Source of the DNA: an uncultured Nitrosomonadales bacterium
Lineage (GTDB): Bacteria; Pseudomonadota; Gammaproteobacteria; Burkholderiales; Gallionellaceae
Direction: 5' to 3'
Assembly: GCA_903876685.1 (NCBI GenBank)
Contig: CAIRBC010000100.1
Span: 1-42,331 of the forward strand
DNA length: 42,331 nt
In this document: in pieces, positions 27,997 through 37,518 of the stretch
How the letters are laid out: every line of letters begins with the position of its first letter
Numbering within the stretch: the first letter of the stretch is position 1
Made by a program: the position numbers and the translations under genes
The notes under the pieces: model-generated
What the model was told of the DNA's origin: nothing
What the model saw: only the letters and a program-made list of their open reading frames with translations
Database searches by the model: none

Positions 27997-28344
27997 TTAT
28001 TGAGCAAGTATCCAGCGCACCAGATTTCTGACCTGCTCTGGCGACTTGTCGCTGATCGCCTTGTGATTTTCCTTATGACCGTCAGACAGCTTGACTTTTG
28101 CACCCATGGTGACGTGCTCGATAAGCACTTCCTCGGCATCCTTGTTGCTCTTGTAAAAAGCAGCGATAACATTGTAGGGAGGGCCTTCCTTTTTCTTGGT
28201 CACGCCATGACATCTCAGACAATGCGCACTACGCGCTAATTTGATAGCATCATCGTTGTTAATGGGTTCAGCAGAAGCAGAGAAGGTGGCTAGCAGGGGA
28301 AGTATTCCGAACAGCAGAACTTGGATTTTTGAACGATTTTTCAT
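27997..28344 (-). CDS. Second MtoD-like monoheme cytochrome c (paralog)
   Basis: Signal peptide (..FSASA|E), CLRCH, GPPY..IA..Y, KVKLSDGHKENH and RNLVRWIL. Colinear with the neighbouring monoheme. ATG 28344 (TTG 28356 alternative). Confidence 0.8.
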   Translation of the reverse strand: MKNRSKIQVLLFGILPLLATFSASAEPINNDDAIKLARSAHCLRCHGVTKKKEGPPYNVIAAFYKSNKDAEEVLIEHVTMGAKVKLSDGHKENHKAISDKSPEQVRNLVRWILAQ

Positions 28345-28646
28345 AGCATTTTCCAATAGTGAATATCAAAAATAATTTAACAACTATACGCAAAAAAAAA
28401 TCTGTACTGCAGAAATCTCAGAAACACAATGGCCTGGCTGTAAATAATCATCGCACTATCTGAAATAATTCTTTCATTCTACCCCTTACTGGTGAATCTG
28501 ACAAATGTATATATGGCGTTGTGGTATTAACATGAAACACGCGCAGCGAGGTACTTTCGGCTACGCCCTCCTCGCTGCGCTCTCCCCGCTTGCTGGAGAG
28601 ACCCCAGTCGAAATTTTCGACCGAATTGTGCCCTATGAACCATACT

Positions 28647-28696
28647 GTAGAGTGCGCTTGCGCACCATTAACCGTTGGTGCGCAAGCGCACCCTAC
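28647..28696. repeat. REP-like inverted doublet, family A copy 2
   Basis: GTAGAGTGCGCTTGCGCACC-10 nt-GGTGCGCAAGCGCACCCTAC. Confidence 0.78.
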
Positions 28697-28802
28697 GAAA
28701 ACCATTTTGTGGTGGAGGTTCATGGGTAGGAGAACGGGTATGGCGGGTTTCATCCTATCGGGCGGCCGTGTGCCATGCCCGTTAGCCAGGCCTAAGCTGT
28801 AA

Positions 28803-28830
28803 GTTGGGCAACCGCTATTGGTTGCCCAAC
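28803..28830. terminator. Hairpin downstream of ppiD (REP-like/terminator)
   Basis: Perfect 11-bp stem GTTGGGCAACC-GCTATT-GGTTGCCCAAC, 16 nt after the ppiD stop. Confidence 0.55.
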
Positions 28831-28846
28831 ATTCAACTGAGTATTT

Positions 28847-30739
28847 TTACGGTGCCGTCGGCGCTTTGGCAAGATTGAGCTTGATGCTCGCCTGCTGTTT
28901 GGCATCAGCCAGGTAAGCCCGCAATAACTCTTCACCGGTCAACTGGCGCAATTTTTGCGTATAACCTGCGCGTTTTGCCTCTTCCGGCTTGGCCGCTTCC
29001 TTGACAGCCTCAATGCGCACCAGCATAAAACCTTCCTGCGGTGTCTCCGCCCCTACAAATTGCGGTAGTTTGTCTGCAGGCACCTGAAAGGCTTTTCTCA
29101 GCAATTCCTTATCCAGGGAGCCCGTTTTTGCCCGGGTAACGGACTGTGTAGCCGTCCAGTTCAGCGCGAGACCAGCACCACCCTGCAATTGTTCCAGCAA
29201 CGCTTTGCCTTGTTTGGCGGCCAATTCCACTGCCTGCTGACGCATCAACTTCTGTCTTATCTGCTCCTGAACTTCGGCCATTGGACGCGTGGCAGCAGGC
29301 TTGTACTCCAGTACCCTCGCAGCAAGCAAAGTATTGGGGGCAATTTCTATCGCTGCCGTATTGTGTTTATTTTTCAACACTTCATCGGTAAAAACCGCCT
29401 GCAACACTTTAGGCGTCCAGGGATCAACTGCGGTAGCCCCTTTTAGCAACCAATCGCTTTGCTCTATTTTCCCGCCTGCCAAAGCGGCGGCCGGCTTGAG
29501 CGTGTCACTTTGCTCATAAGCGGTATTACTGAACTTTTCGGCCAACTCGGTAAACATTTCGGTAGCCTTTTGCTGGCGCAGCTTGTTAGCTATACCGGCA
29601 CTGGCCTCTTCAAACGGCAGAGTCGTGGGAGCCTTGATCTCGATCAGCTTGATGATGTGATAGCCAAAATCAGATTTCACTACGCCGCTGATCTCGCCCA
29701 CTTTAAGTGCATAGGCCGCCTCCTCGAAAGGTTTGACCATCATGCCCCGACCAAAAAAACCAAGACTTCCGCCATTGGCCGCCGAACCGGGATCTTGCGA
29801 ATTTTGTTTGGCCAACTCGGCAAAGGCGGCGGGATTAGCCTTGACTTTTTGCAGCAGCAGTTCAGCCTTTGCCTGAGCCGCATCCTGCTCCGCCTGCGGT
29901 GCCTTGGCCGCCGCCGAAATCAGAATATGCGCGGCATGGCGCTCTTCGGGCTTACCAAATTCATTCTGATGTTCCTCATAATATTTCTTGACATCCTCAG
30001 GCTTGACTTCAGCTTTTTCCAGAAAATTATCCGCAGACAACTTTACATATTCGACTCTGGCTTGCTCCTGAACCTGAAAATCCTTCTGATTCTGATCATA
30101 ATATTTTTTCAGCTCGGCCTCATCAACTTTGGTCTGAGCCATAAAGGACTGAAAAGATACCGGCGAGGTACTCACGCTCCTTTCTTGTTCATACAGGCGT
30201 ATCACATTTTCTGCCACATTATTTGAAGCAAAACCGTTTTGCGTATAGGCATCACGTATCTGCTGACCGATCATCTCGCTGCGCAAGCGTGCTTCAAAAA
30301 TCAAAGGGGACATATTCTGCTTTGCCAGTGCGGCCAGATAATGCTTTTTATCAAACTTCCCATTATCCTGAAACGCTTCTATACCCTGGATAACCTGAGC
30401 CACCTGATCATCGGCAACGGTCAATCCCACAAGCTTGCCCCGTTCGATCAACAAATGTTGCTCGACCAGACTATCCATCACCGATTGCTTCATTTCAGGA
30501 TTTTCCAGCATCGCCGGATCAAAGTTTTTGCCGAGCATCTGGCGCAATCGATCCTGCTGTTGCATCAGTGCATTTTCAAATTCTTGCCGGGTAATTTTTG
30601 AATCGTTGACCGTGGCAGCAATATCGGCAGAATTACCAGACTTGGTATACGAATCCACCCCCCAGAAGGCGAACGGCAAAATGATCAGCGCCAGTACAAG
30701 CTGCACCAACCGCCTATTTTCATGAACAAAATCAAACAT
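28847..30739 (-). CDS. ppiD: PpiD periplasmic folding chaperone (SurA-N + parvulin)
   Basis: MFDFV...[11 protein letters not shown]-terminal anchor, and parvulin motifs [25 protein letters not shown] and [11 protein letters not shown]. Start ATG 30739. Confidence 0.93.
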   Translation of the reverse strand: MFDFVHENRRLVQLVLALIILPFAFWGVDSYTKSGNSADIAATVNDSKITRQEFENALMQQQDRLRQMLGKNFDPAMLENPEMKQSVMDSLVEQHLLIERGKLVGLTVADDQVAQVIQGIEAFQDNGKFDKKHYLAALAKQNMSPLIFEARLRSEMIGQQIRDAYTQNGFASNNVAENVIRLYEQERSVSTSPVSFQSFMAQTKVDEAELKKYYDQNQKDFQVQEQARVEYVKLSADNFLEKAEVKPEDVKKYYEEHQNEFGKPEERHAAHILISAAAKAPQAEQDAAQAKAELLLQKVKANPAAFAELAKQNSQDPGSAANGGSLGFFGRGMMVKPFEEAAYALKVGEISGVVKSDFGYHIIKLIEIKAPTTLPFEEASAGIANKLRQQKATEMFTELAEKFSNTAYEQSDTLKPAAALAGGKIEQSDWLLKGATAVDPWTPKVLQAVFTDEVLKNKHNTAAIEIAPNTLLAARVLEYKPAATRPMAEVQEQIRQKLMRQQAVELAAKQGKALLEQLQGGAGLALNWTATQSVTRAKTGSLDKELLRKAFQVPADKLPQFVGAETPQEGFMLVRIEAVKEAAKPEEAKRAGYTQKLRQLTGEELLRAYLADAKQQASIKLNLAKAPTAP

Positions 30740-30774
30740 AGCGGCAATACCATCAAAATAAAATAAACAAATAT

Positions 30775-30800
30775 AAAAAAGGCGAACCAAAGTTCGCCTT
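30775..30800 (-). terminator. Rho-independent terminator just upstream of ppiD
   Basis: AAAAAA-GGCGAAC-CAAA-GTTCGCC-TT, with a U6 tract on the minus strand. Confidence 0.7.
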
Positions 30801-30973
30801 AATTTAGCGGAGTAGACAAAGCAACTTGCATGAACTCTACACTAAATCATGATGCCTGATTCCATTGGGATTTGCAACTTTTTGTAGAAGGACTGCAATT
30901 TAGCCGCAATTTTCTAAAGCAAAAATTACTTTGCTTCCGTTTCAGAAGCTTGAGCAGCATGCAGCAGCCCACC

Positions 30974-32356
30974 CTACGCGTCAATGCACAATTCAGCTTC
31001 AGTCGCTGCTTCAACCGGCCGGTGTTGCGCAAGCAGGCTCATCCGCACAAAGCCGATATGTTCTCGCAGTCCATAAAAAAGATTGCCACACGAGGCGGGT
31101 ATCATGATTTTACTGGCACTATGCTCAATGTGATCCAGACGACGCAACAACTCCTCGCGCTTACCCGGATCAACCGGATAACTAAGCGCTTCACGTTCAA
31201 ATTCCAGTAACACCCGATACCAGCGATAAATGCGCGATTCAACCCGCCAGCGATAAATTGCCGGGGTAATTTTCAGTGCAGGAATCAGCAACAACGCCAC
31301 CGGCACGATGACTGCAAGTAGCCGCGTCATCAAACTTGCTACCCAGAATGGAAAGTTTCGGTACAGAAAACTCTTGCCACCGGCGTAATAGCGACTGGCA
31401 TCCTGACTGATGCGAAATTCGTGTTCCAACGGTGCCGGAAATTCTCCGCGCTTCTTGAACAATCCCGGGGTTCCGTGCACTTCCCTCGCCGCTTCCAACA
31501 ACAGATCCGAGAGCGCCGGATGCAGACTACTCCGTGCGACCAGTTCGACGGTGGGACCTATCAGCAACTTGTCTGTAGTGGGAATATTCTTGCCAAAGTC
31601 AAAAGATCCTTTAGGCAATTCCAGTTTATTCAGATAGTTGATGCGACGCACATAGGCATCTGCCTGTGAAAAATCATAAAGATTAATGTCTGGCGTGCGT
31701 AACAATTCACGCATCAGTTCTGTAGAGGCAGATTCACCCATCATGAAAACCGCATCGACACGATTCTCCAGCAAGGCATGTACCGCATCACCGCTTAGTG
31801 TCTGAATCAGTGTCGTGCCATCCTCAGGCACAAAACCATTGGCTTTGAGCAGTGTCTGCGCCAGCGTATAGGTTCCGCTGCCTTGCTGGCCTATGTAAAG
31901 GCGCTGCCCCTTGAAATCAGAGAGCAGGATTCTGGTTTTGCCACGATAAAAAATCATGAGCGGTTGATAAGTGACACTACCCAGCGAAAGCAGACGGTCG
32001 ATCTGCTCGGTAGTGGCTTCGCCACCCAATACAAAACCGACCTCAACCGCCACTTTGGGATCAGATAGCTTCTTCAGGTTATCCATCGAACCCTCCGAGG
32101 CAATGATTTTCAGCGTGACCCCTTCCTTCGCCAGAATTTTTTTGTATTTTTCTGCGATATTATTAAAAGTGCTGCCCACCGGACCGGTGGCGATGCTCAG
32201 GGTATTGGGCGCGGCTGAACCCATGTACAAAAAAATAACCACACTAGACACAATGCCGATCAATACAATGACGGCCATGGTGACGACCTGCCCCCGCCCA
32301 AACAGTGCATTCAGTTTAGCAATCAATCTTTCAAGGTAAATTTTAGGGTTCCTCAT
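30974..32356 (-). CDS. TAXI-family solute-binding-like protein with N- and C-terminal TM anchors
   Basis: N-terminal TM, SIATGPVGS, SEGS.DNL, IGQQGSGT, a C-terminal TM (LLAVIVPVALLLIPAL) and a cytoplasmic tail. Start ATG 32356. Confidence 0.78.
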   Translation of the reverse strand: MRNPKIYLERLIAKLNALFGRGQVVTMAVIVLIGIVSSVVIFLYMGSAAPNTLSIATGPVGSTFNNIAEKYKKILAKEGVTLKIIASEGSMDNLKKLSDPKVAVEVGFVLGGEATTEQIDRLLSLGSVTYQPLMIFYRGKTRILLSDFKGQRLYIGQQGSGTYTLAQTLLKANGFVPEDGTTLIQTLSGDAVHALLENRVDAVFMMGESASTELMRELLRTPDINLYDFSQADAYVRRINYLNKLELPKGSFDFGKNIPTTDKLLIGPTVELVARSSLHPALSDLLLEAAREVHGTPGLFKKRGEFPAPLEHEFRISQDASRYYAGGKSFLYRNFPFWVASLMTRLLAVIVPVALLLIPALKITPAIYRWRVESRIYRWYRVLLEFEREALSYPVDPGKREELLRRLDHIEHSASKIMIPASCGNLFYGLREHIGFVRMSLLAQHRPVEAATEAELCIDA

Positions 32357-32438
32357 GGCGGAGCATCCGGATAAGCTATTCTGGGCTATTGTATTCTGAC
32401 CATGCCTGTTTGCACACCCCATGTTTTTTTGAATCTGC

Positions 32439-35400
32439 TTAAGCAGCAACAACTTTAGCCAACAACCCCAGCGCTTCCTCGAACTCAAAGTCGGCAACTT
32501 TTTTTGCAACTTGCTGCAAGTCATCAGTCAGCGCTGAGCCTTCGTTCAACAGTAGCAACATTTCCATGGTATCGGTAGCGCTTGCATCGTGATCAGCCAG
32601 TTGTGCGGCCAACTGCGCCAGCAGCCCCTGAACCTGTTTATCCTCAGGCACAGCAGCGTTTACAGGAACAACCGTTTCCAAGCCGGCCATCACGATTGCC
32701 AGTTCAAAGCGCACTTGCTGCGTCAAAACCTCGGTGACCACGCCATCCCTGCACGCCTGTTCGAGTGCTGCAGCGGCCGTTACCACCTCAAGGGCGCCGA
32801 TATTACCTGCCACTCCCTTTAGGGTATGCGCAGCTAACAACAACGCAACCGGATCGGCCTGTGCAAACTCTGCGACAAAACCTGATTCACGAAACTTGAC
32901 CAGCAGACGTGCATACAAGGCTTGATTCCCCATACAGGTGGCAAGCCCTGCCACCTGATCGATGCCTGGCAGCGCCCTCAAGGTACTCAACACCGGTATG
33001 GCGTGAGGTTTCAACCACTGCGCCAGTATGCTGAACATTCGCGCAACCTCCAACGGTTTGGCGATGTGATCGTTCATACCTGCCTCAAGCGCCTTTTTCT
33101 TGTCATCCGGCATCGCGTTGGCCGTCATCGCCAATATCGGCAAATCCCGATAATGCGGATTTTTGCGAATTTCCCGGGTCGCCGTATAACCATCCATTAC
33201 CGGCATCTGACAGTCCATCAGCACACCGTCAAAAGCCGCATCTTTCGCCAGCACATCCAGCGCCTCCTGCCCGTTATTCGCCACCACCACTAGCATACCG
33301 GCCTCTTGCAAAAGTGCGACTGCCAGCTCCTGGTTCAGCTCGTTGTCTTCGACCAGCAGCACGCGCACCCCCTGCAACGGGGTCGAAACTATTTCATGAA
33401 ATGGCACCTTGAAGGGCTGCTCCATTACCTGGCAGTTGCCTAGCGCTGCCTTGATCGCATATAGCAACTTTGCTGCCGTGACCGGTTTGGCAAGTGTCGC
33501 CTTGAGCAGCACGCCTCGCTCCTTTGCCGCTGCCAGTGCCTCATCGCCACCGATAGTATTCACCATCAGGATAGCCGGTGTCAGCTGCGTTTCCTGCAAC
33601 TGCCGCAAACATTCCAGTCCATCCATTGGCGGCATTTTCCAATCAATCAGCAGCAGATCAAAAGGAGCCGTCGAGGCGACCAACCGCAGCGCCTGAATGC
33701 CATCGACGGCCGCTTCGACTTCCAAGCCGAAGTTTATGCACAGCTCGCACAATAGCTCGCGCGCCGCCGCATTGTCCTCAACCAGCAACAGGCGCAAACC
33801 CTGCAACTCAGCCGTATCCAAGCTGCGTTGCGGCACAGATTGCAGGTCAAAGCGGGCATGAAAATGAAAAGTTGAGCCGATGCCCATTTCAGATTCTACC
33901 CAGATACGCCCGTCCATCATTTCGGCCAAACGCTTGGAGATCACCAACCCCAGTCCGGTGCCACCGTAATTGCGCGTGGTAGAAGCATCTGCCTGACTGA
34001 AGGACTGAAACATCCTGGCACTTTGTTCCTGGGTCATACCGATGCCGGTATCTCTGACAAAAAAATGCAATACGACACTCTGCTCGCTACAACTCTCGGT
34101 GTCTACGCCGACCACGATCTCGCCTTGCTTGGTGAATTTAACGGCGTTATTGCATAAATTCTGCAGTATCTGACCCAGGCGCAACGGATCCCCTAGCAAC
34201 CCCGGTCGAATATCCCATGCCTGCGCATACAACAACTCCAACCCCTTCTCTTCTGCCTTCAGACCGATCATATTGGCGAGGTTTTCCATCACCTCATCGA
34301 GGCTGAAAGGGATATGTTCCATCGACAGCTTGCCTGCCTCAATTTTTGAGAAATCGAGTATGTCGTTGAGTATGCCCAGCAGATTGTCTGCGGCACTGCT
34401 AACCTTTTCGATGTAATTTTTCTGACGTGGATTCAGCTCTGTTTGCAGCGCCAGATGTGACATGCCGATAATCGCATTCATCGGTGTGCGGATTTCATGA
34501 CTCATATTCGCCAGAAAATCCGACTTCATCTGGGTCGCTTCCTCAGCTATCTCCCTGGCATGCCGCATCGCCTCCTCGGCTTCGATACGCTTGGTAATAT
34601 CGATTACCGAGGCGATAATCAACGCCTGTTCATCATCCGACGCCAGGTAAGCGACTATTTCCACAGCAGCCAGCGTCTGATCCTGCTTGCGGTGGCGACT
34701 ATCGAAGGAGATTTGCCTGCCGTTAGCCTGGAGTTCAGAATACAACGAGCCGAAACGCTCCGGCATACAGTCGAAACTGACCACGCTCATCCCCGAAAAT
34801 TCGGCGCTGGTGTAACCGATATGCTCCAGCATCGCCTTGTTCGCATACACCACCTTAAAAGTTCCGGGATCTATCCAGAACATCGGTCCGGCATTTTCCA
34901 CCACACAGCGGTCAAACAACAGCAGCTTTTCGGTACGCATCTGCCCGGTAATGTCACGACTGATGCCGAACAAACCAACCACCGTTACGCCATCTTCGCC
35001 GAACACCGGCCATTTGCTACTGCTGATCCAGCCTGCCCTGCCCTGCGTGTCGAGATAAGGATCGATCTTGTCCAGCAGCGGCTCCCCCTTCTGAAACACC
35101 GGCAATTCTTCACGATAATAAGTCTGCGCCGCTTCCGCCGGAAAAATCTGCCGGTCATGCATACCGATCATGTCTCGCCAGTTAGCATAACCGGTGCTGC
35201 GCGCCAATGTCTGGCTACAAAATTTGATGCGGCTGTCAGCATCCTTGAAATACACAAAATCAGTAGTATTTTCCAGAAAAGCCACAAAATCGCAATTAAG
35301 GTCGACAAGTTTTTCTTCAATGCCCTGGTACTTTGCCAGCGTGCGTGCCAGTTCACCGATCTCTGTCGCCTCATTTTGATAATCAAAATGTACCTTACGC

Positions 35401-36080
35401 TCTCCGGCAATCAGTTTCTGCGTATTGCGCGTCAGGTGCAGCACCGGGGCTACCACTCGCTTATGATAAAACAACAACAGCGCCGACAAAATAACCGCCA
35501 CATTCAGAATCAACGCGGCCAGTGCGAAGCGGTAATGCAGATTCGTCTCGTCAGAGAACCTGCCCGCCTGTCCATTCAAACGATTTTCGATGACACGCCG
35601 CAGCTCAGCCAGTTTTGCGCTATGGCTTTCACTCGCGACATTATATTTAATACCATAGACCAGTTCGACGGCAGCCTTCAGATCATGCTTTTTCGCCGCC
35701 TTCAGTGCACGATTTTCCAGCAACAACAAGGTATCAGAGTCTCGCATTGCCATGTTTAATAGATCTATTTCGCTAGCGCTGGCATCCGTTTCACGTAAGC
35801 GCAACAGGGCGCCCTCACGAGAACGGTTGACATTCAGTTCGGTCTGAAACTGTTGCAGATAGCGCTCATCGCCGGTTGCGGCAAAGCCACGCGCCGCACT
35901 GGCCAGTTGATTATTTCCCTGATAAAGCTGCTCAACTGCCTTGATGGATTCGTTCTGCAGGGCGAAAGCCTGGCTGCCCTGTGCATGGGTAAACCTGGCA
36001 CGCAGCAAGGTGCCGATACTGACACAGGAAAGCACAAAAACGCAGAGGGTGATGAACTGACTGGTACGACGGATACGCAT
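32439..36080 (-). CDS. Membrane hybrid sensor histidine kinase (periplasmic domain-HAMP-2xPAS-HisKA-HATPase-2xREC-Hpt)
   Basis: Two TMs, EIGELA (HAMP), [36 protein letters not shown], two REC Asp motifs (LIDWKMP, LMDCQMP) and AHTLKG (Hpt). Confidence 0.93.
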   Translation of the reverse strand: MRIRRTSQFITLCVFVLSCVSIGTLLRARFTHAQGSQAFALQNESIKAVEQLYQGNNQLASAARGFAATGDERYLQQFQTELNVNRSREGALLRLRETDASASEIDLLNMAMRDSDTLLLLENRALKAAKKHDLKAAVELVYGIKYNVASESHSAKLAELRRVIENRLNGQAGRFSDETNLHYRFALAALILNVAVILSALLLFYHKRVVAPVLHLTRNTQKLIAGERKVHFDYQNEATEIGELARTLAKYQGIEEKLVDLNCDFVAFLENTTDFVYFKDADSRIKFCSQTLARSTGYANWRDMIGMHDRQIFPAEAAQTYYREELPVFQKGEPLLDKIDPYLDTQGRAGWISSSKWPVFGEDGVTVVGLFGISRDITGQMRTEKLLLFDRCVVENAGPMFWIDPGTFKVVYANKAMLEHIGYTSAEFSGMSVVSFDCMPERFGSLYSELQANGRQISFDSRHRKQDQTLAAVEIVAYLASDDEQALIIASVIDITKRIEAEEAMRHAREIAEEATQMKSDFLANMSHEIRTPMNAIIGMSHLALQTELNPRQKNYIEKVSSAADNLLGILNDILDFSKIEAGKLSMEHIPFSLDEVMENLANMIGLKAEEKGLELLYAQAWDIRPGLLGDPLRLGQILQNLCNNAVKFTKQGEIVVGVDTESCSEQSVVLHFFVRDTGIGMTQEQSARMFQSFSQADASTTRNYGGTGLGLVISKRLAEMMDGRIWVESEMGIGSTFHFHARFDLQSVPQRSLDTAELQGLRLLLVEDNAAARELLCELCINFGLEVEAAVDGIQALRLVASTAPFDLLLIDWKMPPMDGLECLRQLQETQLTPAILMVNTIGGDEALAAAKERGVLLKATLAKPVTAAKLLYAIKAALGNCQVMEQPFKVPFHEIVSTPLQGVRVLLVEDNELNQELAVALLQEAGMLVVVANNGQEALDVLAKDAAFDGVLMDCQMPVMDGYTATREIRKNPHYRDLPILAMTANAMPDDKKKALEAGMNDHIAKPLEVARMFSILAQWLKPHAIPVLSTLRALPGIDQVAGLATCMGNQALYARLLVKFRESGFVAEFAQADPVALLLAAHTLKGVAGNIGALEVVTAAAALEQACRDGVVTEVLTQQVRFELAIVMAGLETVVPVNAAVPEDKQVQGLLAQLAAQLADHDASATDTMEMLLLLNEGSALTDDLQQVAKKVADFEFEEALGLLAKVVAA

Positions 36081-36111
36081 GGCGATCTCCTTTTGCCTGC
36101 CCGCTCAGATT

Positions 36112-37209
36112 TCAGTTCCCATCCGCAAAACGCATTGCAATGGCACGAAATTCGTCCTGGAGTGCAAAAAAGGCCTCCGCGACCTCGGGATCGAAATGCA
36201 CACCCTTGCCCTGCGCTATGATCTCGGAGGCCATTTCATGCGACATGATCTCCTTGTAAACACGATGACTGATCAGCGCATCATAAACATCGGCCAGCGC
36301 CATCAGGCGGGCAGGAATCGGAATATCATCGCCTGCAAGACCCGCCGGATAACCGCTGCCATCCCATTTTTCATGATGATTACAGGCGATGGTCTTGGCC
36401 ATTTTAAGGAACTCAACCTCCTTGCCGAAATGTTTTTCGGCGGCTTCAATCGCCTGGCGTCCCAGCGTGGTATGTGCCTTCATAATCTCAAACTCTTCAG
36501 CCGTCAAACGATCGGGTTTGAGCAGAATGCTATCCGGAATACCTACCTTGCCGATGTCGTGCAGCGGTGCCGACTTGAAAAGCATTTCGATAGTCTGCCC
36601 GGACAAGCTGAAGCGCGGGTTATGCTTCAACTTTTCGGCCAGCGCCCTGACGTAATGTTGTGTGCGCAGGATATGATGGCCGGTATCCGGATCGCGCGTT
36701 TCCACCAAAGCCGCCATCACCAGAATGGTCACCTCCTGAATGGCAATGATTTCACGGGTGCGGCGGCTCACCTCGGCTTCGAGATATTCATTCTTGTCCC
36801 GCAAAAAATCAGCTGCTGCCTTATTTTCCAGTTGCGTCCTGATCCGCGCCAGCAAGATAGGCGGCGAGATCGGTTTGGTGATGTAATCTGCCCCCCCCAA
36901 CTCCAGCCCCTTTTTTTCATCATCCGGCGTGCTCATGGCGGTGAGAAAAATCACCGGAATATGCCGGTTGGCTGCATTGCGCCTGAGTTCGCAGAGCACG
37001 TCATAGCCAGACAAGCCCGGCATCATGATGTCTAGCAGAATCAGATCCGGCTTTTCCTCCTGCACATACCTTAACGCCTTCTCGCCGGTGTTAGCGACCT
37101 TGACCTTGTACAAATCCTTGAGCAGACCTGACATCAAGATCAGATTATCTGCGGTGTCATCAACCACCAGAATGGTGGCTCGTGTCGCCGAATCATGCAG
37201 GTGTGGCAT
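36112..37209 (-). CDS. REC-HD-GYP response regulator (RpfG-like c-di-GMP phosphodiesterase)
   Basis: LVVDD and LLDIMMP in REC, then LHDIGK, HHEKWDGSGYP, ADVYDAL and HFDP. Start ATG 37209 with AGGAG upstream. Confidence 0.93.
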   Translation of the reverse strand: MPHLHDSATRATILVVDDTADNLILMSGLLKDLYKVKVANTGEKALRYVQEEKPDLILLDIMMPGLSGYDVLCELRRNAANRHIPVIFLTAMSTPDDEKKGLELGGADYITKPISPPILLARIRTQLENKAAADFLRDKNEYLEAEVSRRTREIIAIQEVTILVMAALVETRDPDTGHHILRTQHYVRALAEKLKHNPRFSLSGQTIEMLFKSAPLHDIGKVGIPDSILLKPDRLTAEEFEIMKAHTTLGRQAIEAAEKHFGKEVEFLKMAKTIACNHHEKWDGSGYPAGLAGDDIPIPARLMALADVYDALISHRVYKEIMSHEMASEIIAQGKGVHFDPEVAEAFFALQDEFRAIAMRFADGN

Positions 37210-37454
37210 ATGCGCTCTCCTTTTCAAGTGAGACTCCGGGACTGAAGCGTTCATTTGCGTAAGCTGCGGATAATTTTATGACGGACAGCTCGAGACTAAA
37301 ACATTGCCTTTAAGGGGTAAATCTACGACACTGACCTAGGCTGTGGTTTCACGGTGACAGCCCTGGATGAGTAAAACTTGCGTTCTGAACCGCCTGGCTG
37401 ACACCTGCGGATTTTCATTCAAACATTATTTCTACGGCAACACAAGATCGAAGA

Positions 37455-37487
37455 TCGGGTTACGGCGCAAAAACGAACCTAACCCGA
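37455..37487 (+). repeat. REP-like palindrome, family B copy 2
   Basis: TCGGGTTACGGCGCAAAAACGAACCTAACCCGA. Confidence 0.75.
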
Positions 37488-37518
37488 CCGGCAACGCCCT
37501 ATCCTCAGGCAATTAAAA

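Noticed and set aside
28448-28802. Short ORFs (101, 74 and 70 aa) in the ppiD-cytochrome gap, considered as a possible RAYT fragment
   Set aside because: They run through palindromic repeats and show no HUH/Y1 transposase motifs.
30800-30880. Intact tRNA upstream of ppiD
   Set aside because: No T-loop GTTCG or cloverleaf. At most a 13-nt remnant, which is reported as a finding.
34497-37035. Plus-strand 420-aa and 318-aa ORFs
   Set aside because: Fully antisense to the well-supported kinase and HD-GYP genes.
37260-37440. Possible c-di-GMP riboswitch upstream of the HD-GYP gene (GGCTGT/ACAGCC stem)
   Set aside because: I could not build the GEMM two-hairpin consensus on the coding strand. 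An Infernal search against the Rfam c-di-GMP-I/II models would settle it.
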